Shown: positions 1-8,324 of the stretch, one piece after another
Layout of the letters: every line of letters starts with the position of its first letter
Position numbering within the stretch: position 1 is the first letter of the stretch
Origin: Methanobacteriota archaeon
Lineage (GTDB): Archaea > Thermoplasmatota > Thermoplasmata > RBG-16-68-12
NCBI GenBank assembly: GCA_005878665.1
Contig: VBLR01000115.1
Location: 1-32,476 of the forward strand
DNA: 32,476 nucleotides
Reading direction: 5' to 3'
Position numbers and translations under genes: made by a program
The notes under the pieces: model-generated
What the model saw: the letters and a program-made list of their open reading frames with translations, nothing else
The model's database searches: none
Told to the model about the DNA's origin: nothing

Positions 1-1412
1 GTCTTCTTCAGCTGGATGACCCTCTTGACGAAGTTCTTCTTCGCAGTCGTGACGATCGCCTCGATGATGGCGCCGGAGATGATGTCCTTCCGCTTCACGG
101 TCTTGATCGCCTCTTTCGCCTCGGCGTCGAGTTTGACCTTGACCCACTTGTTCTCTCCGTAGAGTTCGTCGAGGACGAACCGGCGCAGCGACTCAATCGC
201 TTCCTTGTGGCCCCCGACCGCTTCGTCGAGGCTCTCCGCCGTCGGCAAGTCCTCGTTCAGGTAGATCCGCAGGATTTCCTCCGCCGCCTTGCGGTCCGGA
301 CGCGGGATCTCGATGATCTCATCGAATCGCCCGGGCCGCAACAGGGCGGGGTCCACGAGGTCCGCGCGGTTCGTCGCGCCGATCACGAAGACGTCGTGCA
401 GCTCCACGAGCCCGTCCATCTCGCTCAGGATCTGCGCGATGATGTTCTTGTGGACGCCCGAGGTGTCCATCATGCCGCGGACCGTGAACAGAGCCTCGAT
501 CTCGTCGAAGAAGACGATGCTCGGCTTCTTCTCGTGGGCCTGGCGGAAGATCTCCTTGATGATCCGCTCGCTCTCCCCGACCCACTTCGACAGGACGTCC
601 GCGATGCTGACGTTGAAGAACGTCATGTCGTTCTCCGTCGCGATCGCCTTCACGAGGAGCGTCTTGCCGCAGCCCGGGGGACCGTAGAGCAGGATCCCGC
701 GCGGCGCCTCGAGGGAGATCTGAGCGAACAGCTTCGCCTCCTGGTACGGCAGGACGACGACGTCCTTGATCCGCTCGATCGCTTCCATGAGCCCGCCGAT
801 CTCGCCGTACGTCACGTTCGGTTTCTCGCCGAGGAGCAGGGACTTGACCTCGAGGTTCGGGAGGATCTCCAGGACCTCCATCGTCGGAGGCAGCACCCCG
901 ATCTGGAATCCGGGTTTGAGCTTCTTGTACACCGCCTTGTCGCAATCGATCAGGCGCTTCTCCATGTCCCCTTCCACGGAGATCACGAGCTTGCCGTCCA
1001 TCATGTCGACGACCTTCGCGATCACGCCTTCGTTGCGCACCGCGCTGCCCTCGACGATGGCGTAGGTCTGCGGATGCACCCAGACGTACTGGCCGACGCC
1101 GAGCTGAGATTTGTCGACGAGTCCGGTCGAGACTTTCAATAGCTCCGTGGCACGCGCCACGACCACCTGATTCCCGTCGAGGTCGGGCCCTTCTTTGCGG
1201 ACGACGTACGCGTAGAGGAGCGGCGGTTGTTTGATCTTGTTGAACTTGTCCTCGTACGCCTTCAGGCGGTACTCCCGCTCCTCGATCTCGTAGCGGAAGG
1301 AGTGGAGGTCGCGCTCGTACTGCCGACGAAGGCGATCCATCTTCTCCTCGAACTCGTCCCGGACTTCTTCCGCCGACTTGGACACCTTCCCGTCGCCCTC
1401 ATCACTCGCCAT
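1..1412 (-). CDS. arc: ARC/Mpa-like proteasome-associated AAA+ ATPase (3'-truncated by the window edge)
   Basis: Absent from the ORF track because it runs off the edge. Manual translation from ATG 1412 (upstream GGTGAT SD) gives an N-terminal coiled coil ending KIKQPPLLY, two OB-like segments, EKPNVTYGEIGGL, Walker A GPPGCGKT, Walker B IVFFDEIE and SRH GATNRADLVDPALLRPGRFD. It then has an ARC-type insert DELYGENKWVKVKL...KDIISGAIIEAIVTTAKK. The frame is open to the window edge. Confidence 0.85.
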   Translation of the reverse strand, partial: MASDEGDGKVSKSAEEVRDEFEEKMDRLRRQYERDLHSFRYEIEEREYRLKAYEDKFNKIKQPPLLYAYVVRKEGPDLDGNQVVVARATELLKVSTGLVDKSQLGVGQYVWVHPQTYAIVEGSAVRNEGVIAKVVDMMDGKLVISVEGDMEKRLIDCDKAVYKKLKPGFQIGVLPPTMEVLEILPNLEVKSLLLGEKPNVTYGEIGGLMEAIERIKDVVVLPYQEAKLFAQISLEAPRGILLYGPPGCGKTLLVKAIATENDMTFFNVSIADVLSKWVGESERIIKEIFRQAHEKKPSIVFFDEIEALFTVRGMMDTSGVHKNIIAQILSEMDGLVELHDVFVIGATNRADLVDPALLRPGRFDEIIEIPRPDRKAAEEILRIYLNEDLPTAESLDEAVGGHKEAIESLRRFVLDELYGENKWVKVKLDAEAKEAIKTVKRKDIISGAIIEAIVTTAKKNFVKRVIQLKK

Positions 1413-1537
1413 TTTTGGATCACCGCGGGCTTGCGCGCGCGATTCGGTCAGGACGCGACGGCATCTGCTCTAGGGACGCGAGTCTGTGGAACAAGCTGCC
1501 GCCTCGTCCCATCCCTTGTTAGAAAGTGGCATCCGGA

Positions 1538-1556
1538 ATTAAAGCTTTTGTTATCG
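1538..1556 (-). promoter_or_regulatory. Putative BRE/TATA promoter of the AAA ATPase gene
   Basis: The minus strand reads CGATAACAAAAGCTTTAAT, a purine-rich BRE plus TTTAA box. It is the only AT-rich patch in the intergenic region, about 125 nt upstream of ATG 1412. Confidence 0.5.
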
Positions 1557-1703
1557 GTACTGAAGATGCGACAACCCGTGAACGCGCGCCCGATCTCCTC
1601 CCCCGACAAGGGAGAGGTCGCATCGGCGATTCGCGAGCGGCTTGTTGTAGCGAATGAGGACGGAAAGCCGGGCCGCGCACGTGCTCGACGTCGCGCGGTC
1701 TCC

Positions 1704-4700
1704 CTAGGTGTATCCGCCCTGGATCAACTTCTTGATATACGGGGTCAGGACCCGAGCGAGGCCCATGTCCCCGTCCCAATCTTCGATCTGGTCCCAGTGG
1801 TGATCTTCCATGTCCTTGATGCACCGCTCGATCTGGCCGGTCCAGCTCTGCGTGCCGTCCCCTTCGATTCTCGCCGCGAGGACGAGCCACCGGCCTCGAC
1901 CGATCAGGATGTGCATGTGGCCGACCGTCATCTCGTTCAGGTCGGCGTAGTCGTCTCCGCGAAGCGCGTCCTTCACGAACGCTTGCACGGCCGTGAGCAT
2001 CCCGCTCAGGATGTCCGTGTCGACGTCGGGTCGAAGTCGACGGGTCTCGTGCTTGATGAGGAGTCCATCCTTGTGATTGAGGAGGAACACGTCCTCGACG
2101 ATCGCCTCGCTCTCCTTCGCGGTCGGAGCCGCAGGGGAAGGCTTCGATCCCGTTTGTGATCGACGCCGCACGAGGAAGAAGAGGGCCCCCGCAATCGCGG
2201 CGGCCACGAGCAAGAGGATCCACCAGAATTGCCCCAACAGGTTGGGGGCCGTTGCGAACTGGAATGTCTTCGACTGGACCATCGAGTTTCCCGCGAGGTC
2301 GCGCGCGCTCGAATCGATGACGACGAAGTACGTCATCCCGGATTGCAGCTCGCGGGTCGGGACGAATGTCACCGTCCGGGAGTCCGGACTCCACTGGAAG
2401 GAGCCATCGATCGCCGGTGTGATCGAGAACGCCTGCTCGACGGACGCCTGATCCATCCCTTCGCTGAAAGTGATCCGTATCCACGGGGTCGTGTTCGTGT
2501 CCGCGCCAATCGGGCGGGTGTCGGTCACGAACGGATTGATGACGTCGATCAGAGTCCATGTATCGTTCACGGCCGGCGTGGGCTCGACGTTCCCCGCGCG
2601 ATCCCGGGCCATCGTCCGGAACGCGTAGACGTGGGCACCTTGGCCGACGAACGACGCACTCGTCGCGGTCGTGTTGGTGTAGCCCGCGAGATCCGTCCAC
2701 GGACCCGAATCGTCCTGCCACTGCACGTGGTAGCCCGCGATGTCGGTCGTGCCGGTCGCCGGGCCCCAAGCGATCGTGAACTGGATTTGGTCCTCGTAGT
2801 TCGGCAAGAAAACCATGACCGAGTCGGGCGGAGTCGCATCCACGATCGTCCACGAGTCGTTACCAGCGGTCATCTCGACGTTCCCCGCACGGTCCGTCGC
2901 GTTCGAGCGGAAGGCATACGTATGGCCGTCCACGCCGGTGTACATGGCGGACGTCGTCGAGGCCGTTGTGACCATCCAATCCGACCAGGCCCCGCCGTTG
3001 TCGCGCACCTGAATCCGGTAGCTCGCGATGTCGAGGGTGTCGAACTGCGGTCCCCAGTAGACCGGGAACGTGAGCGACGTTTCGTACGTGGGAAGCTTAA
3101 GGGTGTGGGAGAAGGGCCGGCCCGTGTCGACCAGGGTCCAGGTGTCGTTGCCGGCCGTGATTTCGAAGTTCCCCGCACGGTCCGTCGCATTCGAGCGGAA
3201 CGCGTAGACTCCCTGCCCAGTGCTTACGAACGTCCCCGAGGTCGCGGTCGTGTCGACGAGCCAATTCGTCCATCCCGCGGCTCCGGCGTTGTATTGGATC
3301 GTATAGGACGCGATGTCCGTGACCCCGGCGTCCGGCGCCCAGGACACGGTGAACGAGTTCGTGTTCTTGTACGCACTCAGCGGGTTCACATGGGAGCCCG
3401 GTCGGAGCGTGTCGACCGTGGTCCAAGTGTCGTTCGCGGACGGACCCGCTTCCCGGTTTCCCGCACGGTCGTCCGCCGTCGTCGCGAACTCGTACACCCC
3501 ATCGGCGGATGCTGTGAACATGAACTGGCCAAAATTCCCCGCGGGTTGGACCGCGTACTGGACCCAGACCGCGCTCCCCCCGGTCCGATACCAGAGGGTG
3601 ATGTTTCCCAGCCCGGTCCCGTTCCCGTCCGAGGCCGTGTACCAGACCGAGAACGTCAGGGCGCTCTCGTATGTCGGCAAGGAGCCGGCCGCAGAGGTCG
3701 GGGCGATCTTGTCCACCATCACGAAGGATTCTGTATGGCTCGTGCCCATGTCCACCGACCGGGGATCGTTCGCGAACGAATACGGCGGATACGTCGCGCT
3801 GACCTGCGTCTGGTTGTCCGTCGGCAATGGGGAGTCGATGTAGACCCGATCGGTCACCAGGATCCACGGTTGGACTCCGCTCGGGGTTGTACGATCCCAA
3901 ATCCGCGTGCTCCCATCCATGACGACGACATGCGCTCCCCCAACGGGTGTGAATGCGTTGGGCCAGAGCGCGTCGACTTCGAGGTAGTTCTGCACGGTGA
4001 GATTTCCCGCGGCCATCACGGCCCATTTCGTGAAGGGGCTGTTGATCGCGGTCGCCTCGGTATAGTTGTCCACGTAGAATTCGTAGCTGCCGACCGACGT
4101 CAACGTCGCGTTGTCCGCCGTGAACCGCGTGGTGAACGTGTTGTTGCCAATCAGGAAGTATCCGTCCGCGTACGAGGCCTGAATCGGTGCGCCGTTGCCG
4201 GCCCCGCCCTTCGTGACACCGGAAATCGTATCGCTCGCGGACCGGCCGTTCGCGACGAGACCCGAGGCAATGCCGTACGCGTCTCCACCGCGGCCGCCGT
4301 CCGACGCGTCGAGTGCGTCACCACCCCGGCCGCCTTGCATCGTGGTGACCCGGTTCGAAGAGAGGTTCGGAGATACGAATACCTCCGCGGCCCCCGCCGC
4401 CGTGCCTCCGTTGCCGCCGAACCCCGTGCCGATTCCGCCGGCTCCTCCGGTGACGGTGTCGACTTGGTTGTAACTGGTCTGCGTCTTGTTGAACAATCCA
4501 TCATTGTTCCCGAAGAAGACGATGCCCGTCGCGTTGCCGCCGTACCCGCCGCGCACGCCGAGGCCCCCGGCTCCGCCCGTCATCGTCGTGAAGGTGTTGG
4601 CGTGGACCGTCGCGATGCCGGCGACATAGAAGACCGCAATGCCGTTCGCCGCGCCGCCGGTTCCGCCGATCCCGGAACCACCACCGGCCGCCGCCCCGTT

Positions 4701-6008
4701 CCCGCCAATCCCGCCCCGGACCGTCTGAATGGAATTGCCGCTGGCGTCGGCGTTCATCGCGATAATCAGGAAGAGTCCTTCGGCGTCACCGCCCGCACCG
4801 CCGTTGCCGTTCGTCGCACCCTTCCCGCCCGCTCCTCCGTTGCCACCGGCCACGACATCAACGGTATTCGCGGACAACTGGCTGCTGCCTGAGGAGCTCG
4901 CCACCTCGATGGCGACGGCCGACCCGGCATCTCCGCCTCGGCCCCCGGTGACGGTCGTGGCACTGCCGCCGCCTGCGCCGCCGGATCCGCCCGATACCGT
5001 CGTGATCATGTTCCACTGAATCGTCGCGCCCGGCGTTCCGACGACGACAATCCCGGCCGCGGAACCACCGTTGCCGCCCCGACCGCCGGTGCCTCCGGCG
5101 ATCGCTTGACCGTCCCCACCGCGTCCGCCGGTCACGCTGTCAATTGTGTTCGCCGTGATCGAGGCCGAGGGCGCCGCGACTACATAGATCCCCGCGCCGA
5201 TCGATCCGTCCCGGCCCGGGGCTCCGGGGACCCCACCGGGCGCCCCGCTGAATCCGCGGACGCCTTGAATCATGTTTCCGTCAATCGATGCGGTCGCGCC
5301 GGCCGTCAGGAGGATGCCCATCGCAAAGCCGCTGCTCACATTCGTGATCGTGTTGCGCGAGATCGTCGGGGTTCCAGGCTGCTCGACCTGGATGCCGATT
5401 CCGGTGGCGTTGATTGCGTTGTTCGTAATCTGAACATTCGAGGCGTTCGCGTACACGCCGACGTTCGTGGCTCGCAGGATCGTGTTGCTCGAGACGAAAC
5501 TCGAAGACCGAACGAAGGCGAAACCGACCCCCGCTTGGAGAATCGTGTTGCTGATGATGTTCGGAGAGCTGTCGGTCGCCGTGATCGCGCGGTCGGCTCG
5601 GTCGAAGGTCGACCAGGAGACGGATCCGGACGAGCTCGCATTGAACTGAATGCCGCCCCATGGAAACGGCGACCCGGTGTTGTTTGCGGTGAAGGTAATG
5701 GGTTTGGCCGGGGTCCCATCGGCCGTCAGCCTCCCCTCGACGAAGAGGTGGACGCCAGGATCGAACCTCACTATCGTTCCAGGCATGATTGTGAGGGCCC
5801 CTGAAGGACGAATCGTGAGCGGACCTATTACCGTGTAATTGATGTCGGCTCCGCCTCCCCAAGTCGTGGGCACGCTGATGATCCCTCGGACATAGGTCGT
5901 GGCGCTCGTGGTCGGAGCGGTGACTAACAAGATGGCGCCGACGGAGCCGAGCACGGCGAAAACAATCGCCACGCTCCTGATGGAGGACCACGACGGGTGG
6001 GGGCGCAT
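1704..6008 (-). CDS. Large single-pass cell-surface protein: signal peptide, right-handed beta-helix with Gly-rich inserts, 4 FN3/Ig-like repeats, SbsA-type Ig (Big_5-like) domain, TM helix, cytoplasmic longin-like domain
   Basis: 1434-aa ORF. N-terminal hydrophobic signal (VAIVFAVLGSVGAILLVTAPTTSA), beta-helix coils (IxxNTI) and GGxGGxGG repeats. Four repeats of about 95-100 aa end DRAGNxE...NDTW. Then ITFSEGMD...ARDLAGN, TM FWWILLLVAAAIAGALFFLV followed by RRR, and a C-terminal domain of about 130 aa. Confidence 0.9.
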   Translation of the reverse strand: MRPHPSWSSIRSVAIVFAVLGSVGAILLVTAPTTSATTYVRGIISVPTTWGGGADINYTVIGPLTIRPSGALTIMPGTIVRFDPGVHLFVEGRLTADGTPAKPITFTANNTGSPFPWGGIQFNASSSGSVSWSTFDRADRAITATDSSPNIISNTILQAGVGFAFVRSSSFVSSNTILRATNVGVYANASNVQITNNAINATGIGIQVEQPGTPTISRNTITNVSSGFAMGILLTAGATASIDGNMIQGVRGFSGAPGGVPGAPGRDGSIGAGIYVVAAPSASITANTIDSVTGGRGGDGQAIAGGTGGRGGNGGSAAGIVVVGTPGATIQWNMITTVSGGSGGAGGGSATTVTGGRGGDAGSAVAIEVASSSGSSQLSANTVDVVAGGNGGAGGKGATNGNGGAGGDAEGLFLIIAMNADASGNSIQTVRGGIGGNGAAAGGGSGIGGTGGAANGIAVFYVAGIATVHANTFTTMTGGAGGLGVRGGYGGNATGIVFFGNNDGLFNKTQTSYNQVDTVTGGAGGIGTGFGGNGGTAAGAAEVFVSPNLSSNRVTTMQGGRGGDALDASDGGRGGDAYGIASGLVANGRSASDTISGVTKGGAGNGAPIQASYADGYFLIGNNTFTTRFTADNATLTSVGSYEFYVDNYTEATAINSPFTKWAVMAAGNLTVQNYLEVDALWPNAFTPVGGAHVVVMDGSTRIWDRTTPSGVQPWILVTDRVYIDSPLPTDNQTQVSATYPPYSFANDPRSVDMGTSHTESFVMVDKIAPTSAAGSLPTYESALTFSVWYTASDGNGTGLGNITLWYRTGGSAVWVQYAVQPAGNFGQFMFTASADGVYEFATTADDRAGNREAGPSANDTWTTVDTLRPGSHVNPLSAYKNTNSFTVSWAPDAGVTDIASYTIQYNAGAAGWTNWLVDTTATSGTFVSTGQGVYAFRSNATDRAGNFEITAGNDTWTLVDTGRPFSHTLKLPTYETSLTFPVYWGPQFDTLDIASYRIQVRDNGGAWSDWMVTTASTTSAMYTGVDGHTYAFRSNATDRAGNVEMTAGNDSWTIVDATPPDSVMVFLPNYEDQIQFTIAWGPATGTTDIAGYHVQWQDDSGPWTDLAGYTNTTATSASFVGQGAHVYAFRTMARDRAGNVEPTPAVNDTWTLIDVINPFVTDTRPIGADTNTTPWIRITFSEGMDQASVEQAFSITPAIDGSFQWSPDSRTVTFVPTRELQSGMTYFVVIDSSARDLAGNSMVQSKTFQFATAPNLLGQFWWILLLVAAAIAGALFFLVRRRSQTGSKPSPAAPTAKESEAIVEDVFLLNHKDGLLIKHETRRLRPDVDTDILSGMLTAVQAFVKDALRGDDYADLNEMTVGHMHILIGRGRWLVLAARIEGDGTQSWTGQIERCIKDMEDHHWDQIEDWDGDMGLARVLTPYIKKLIQGGYT
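2548..3714 (-). repeat. Four tandem FN3/Ig-like protein repeats within the surface protein
   Basis: The units begin DKIAPTS, DTLRPGS, DTGRPFS and DATPPDS. Each contains YxF...DRAGNxE...NDTW or NDSW. Boundaries are approximate. Confidence 0.8.
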
Positions 6009-6072
6009 GCGGGACGGCGTCTCCCGGGCAAGGGATTTCCCCGGCCCAGTGCCGTCCCTGTTCCCCGCCTCG

Positions 6073-6080
6073 ATATATTA
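6073..6080 (-). promoter_or_regulatory. Putative TATA box for the 1704-6008 surface protein gene
   Basis: TAATATAT on the minus strand, about 65 nt upstream of ATG 6008, in otherwise GC-rich divergent intergenic DNA. Confidence 0.45.
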
Positions 6081-6187
6081 CCCAAATGGCGCCGTTATCG
6101 TGCATGATAGCAACTTCGAACCGGGATAATGGCCGTCGCCTGGAGGAGGCGAGAACCTTCAAGCCGCGCCGAGGGTTAGGCGCCGCG

Positions 6188-8308
6188 GTGCCGCGAACGG
6201 GACTCGACGCGATCTTCTCGCCATCGTCCATTGCAATCGTCGGCGCGTCCCGTCACCGCGGAAAAATCGGATACGAAATCCTGCACAACCTGATCGTGAA
6301 CGAGTACCAGGGGACCGTGTATCCCGTGAATCCGAAGGCGACGAGCGTCCACGGGATTCGGTCGTACCGGAGTGTCCTCGAGATCCCGGATGCCGTGGAC
6401 CTCGCGGTCATCACCGTCCCCGCGGAGGTCGCCATCGCGGCCGTCGAAGAGTGCGGCAAGAAGGGCGTGAAAGGGCTCGTCGTGATTACGGCCGGGTTCC
6501 GGGAGGTCGGCGAAGCCGGAGCGGCCCGAGAGGCGCGACTCGTCGCCCTGTGCGACGAGTACGGCATGACGATGATCGGCCCGAACTGCATGGGCGTGAT
6601 CAACACCCACCCCGACATCCAGATGGACGCGACCTTCGCGCCGACGCCGCCGCTCCCCGGTGGGATCTCGCTCGCGACGCAGAGCGGCGCCCTCGGCATC
6701 GCGATCCTGGACCACGCAAAATCCCTCGGCGTCGGCTTTGCCAAGTTCTGCTCGCTGGGGAACAAGGCCCAGGTGAGCCTCAACGATCTCCTCCGGATGT
6801 GGCACCGGGACCCGGACACGAAACTGATCCTCGCCTACATCGAGAATTTCGGCAACCCGAGGAATTTCGTCCGAATCGCGCGCGAGACCACGAAAGACAA
6901 GCCCGTCATCGCGGTGAAGTCGGGCCGTTCGGAGGCGGGAAGCCGTGCGGCGGTGTCCCACACGGGTTCCCTCGGCGGCTCGGATCTCGCCGCGGACGCG
7001 GTATTCACACAGACGGGGGTGCTGCGAGCGAACTCGATCGAGGAGCTCTTCGATCTCGCCATGGCGTTCGCCTTGCAACCGATTCCCCGGGGAGACCGCG
7101 TCGCGGTGGTCTCGGATGCGGGAGGCCCCGCGATCATGTGCGTCGACGAACTGGTCGCCCAGGGCCTGCGGCTCGCCGAGCTCGACCGGGCGACGATCAC
7201 GTACATGAAGAGCTGGGCTCCGTCGGAAGCGTCGCTTCACAACCCGATCGACCTCACCCCGCAGGGGAGCCTCGAAGATTACCGACGCGCCATGGAGGCC
7301 GTCCTCGCCGACGAAGGCGTGGACGCCGCGATCGCGATCTACGTGCCGCCCGTCCGAGTGAACGAAGTGGATGTCGCGCGCGCAATCTGGGAGACGGCGC
7401 AGAAACATCGGAAGCCGGTCTTGTGCAACTTCCTCGGACGGGCCGAGGACAGTGCGGGCTTCGTCGAGCTGGTGACGCATCGCGTCCCTTCGTATTCGTA
7501 CCCGGAAAGCGCGGCGCGGGCGCTCGCCGCGATGCGCCGGTACGCCCGATTCCGGGACCGGGAGGAAGGGGAGCTTCGAACCTTCTCGGTCAATCGCGGC
7601 GCCGCCGAATCCAGCTTGGCCCGGGCTCGAGCGGAGGGGCGAGCCCTGCTGCGTGGCGACGAGGCGAACATGCTCCTCGAGGCGTACGGGATTCGTACGG
7701 CAGCGACTCGGTTCGTCCGCTCGGTCGAAGACTTGCCCCGCGCCGCGGCGGAGATCGGCTATCCGGTGGTCATGAAGGCGGTCGGTCCGACTCTCATTCA
7801 CAAGTCCGAAATGCACGCGGTCCTGCTAGACGTCCGGGCCAAAGATGCGCTCCTGGACGGGGCTTCCCAGATGGCGCGTCGCCTGCGGGATCGAGGGGTC
7901 GCTCTCGAGGGATTCTTGGTCCAAGAATTCGTGACGGGCGGAATGGAGGTGATCTTGGGCATGACCCGGGACAAGGTCTACGGACCGTGCCTGGTGTTCG
8001 GCCTTGGCGGTATCTACGTCGAGTACCTGAAGGACGTCGCGTTCGGACTGCCGCCGCTGACGGATCGAGATGGGATGCGAATGATCGAATCGATCCGGAC
8101 GTATCCCCTCCTGAAAGGCGTCCGGGGCGAGCGGGCGCGAGATGTGAAGGCAGTGCAAGACGCACTCCTCCGACTCGCCCAACTCGTATCGGACTTCGAG
8201 GCGATTCAAGAGATCGATCTGAACCCGGTCGTGGTCTTCCCGGAAGGCGATGGTTACAAAACGGTCGATGCCCGAATCGCGCTCGCGCCCCCCGCGGCCG
8301 AGACCTAA
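6188..8308 (+). CDS. acdAB: ADP-forming acetyl/acyl-CoA synthetase, fused alpha-beta subunits (ACD)
   Basis: CoA-binding IFSPSSIAIVGAS, YPVNPK, AGFREVG, IGPNCMG, TQSGALG, phospho-His motif SHTGSLGG, NPIDL, and ATP-grasp GYPVVMKA...HKSE...EIDLNP. The start is more likely GTG 6188 than the ORF-track ATG 6086, because family similarity begins just after 6188. Confidence 0.92.
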   Translation: MPRTGLDAIFSPSSIAIVGASRHRGKIGYEILHNLIVNEYQGTVYPVNPKATSVHGIRSYRSVLEIPDAVDLAVITVPAEVAIAAVEECGKKGVKGLVVITAGFREVGEAGAAREARLVALCDEYGMTMIGPNCMGVINTHPDIQMDATFAPTPPLPGGISLATQSGALGIAILDHAKSLGVGFAKFCSLGNKAQVSLNDLLRMWHRDPDTKLILAYIENFGNPRNFVRIARETTKDKPVIAVKSGRSEAGSRAAVSHTGSLGGSDLAADAVFTQTGVLRANSIEELFDLAMAFALQPIPRGDRVAVVSDAGGPAIMCVDELVAQGLRLAELDRATITYMKSWAPSEASLHNPIDLTPQGSLEDYRRAMEAVLADEGVDAAIAIYVPPVRVNEVDVARAIWETAQKHRKPVLCNFLGRAEDSAGFVELVTHRVPSYSYPESAARALAAMRRYARFRDREEGELRTFSVNRGAAESSLARARAEGRALLRGDEANMLLEAYGIRTAATRFVRSVEDLPRAAAEIGYPVVMKAVGPTLIHKSEMHAVLLDVRAKDALLDGASQMARRLRDRGVALEGFLVQEFVTGGMEVILGMTRDKVYGPCLVFGLGGIYVEYLKDVAFGLPPLTDRDGMRMIESIRTYPLLKGVRGERARDVKAVQDALLRLAQLVSDFEAIQEIDLNPVVVFPEGDGYKTVDARIALAPPAAET

Positions 8309-8324
8309 GGGACGCGGTACGAAT

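Noticed and set aside
1560-1670. Hammerhead ribozyme suggested by CTGAAGA followed by a stem and GAA
   Set aside because: The stem is followed by GAAT rather than GAAA, the G-C pair closing stem II is out of register, and I could not build stems I and III.
207-2159. + strand ORFs of 311 aa (207-1142) and 310 aa (1227-2159)
   Set aside because: Antisense shadows of the AAA ATPase and the surface protein. They have no recognisable motifs and are typical of high-GC codon bias.
2229-4892. 887-aa + strand ORF
   Set aside because: Antisense to the well-supported 1434-aa surface protein, with Arg/Gly/Val-rich shadow composition.
6188-8308. Possible Pat/PatZ protein lysine acetyltransferase
   Set aside because: There is no fused GNAT domain and the phospho-His motif SHTGS is intact, so an ADP-forming ligase fits better.
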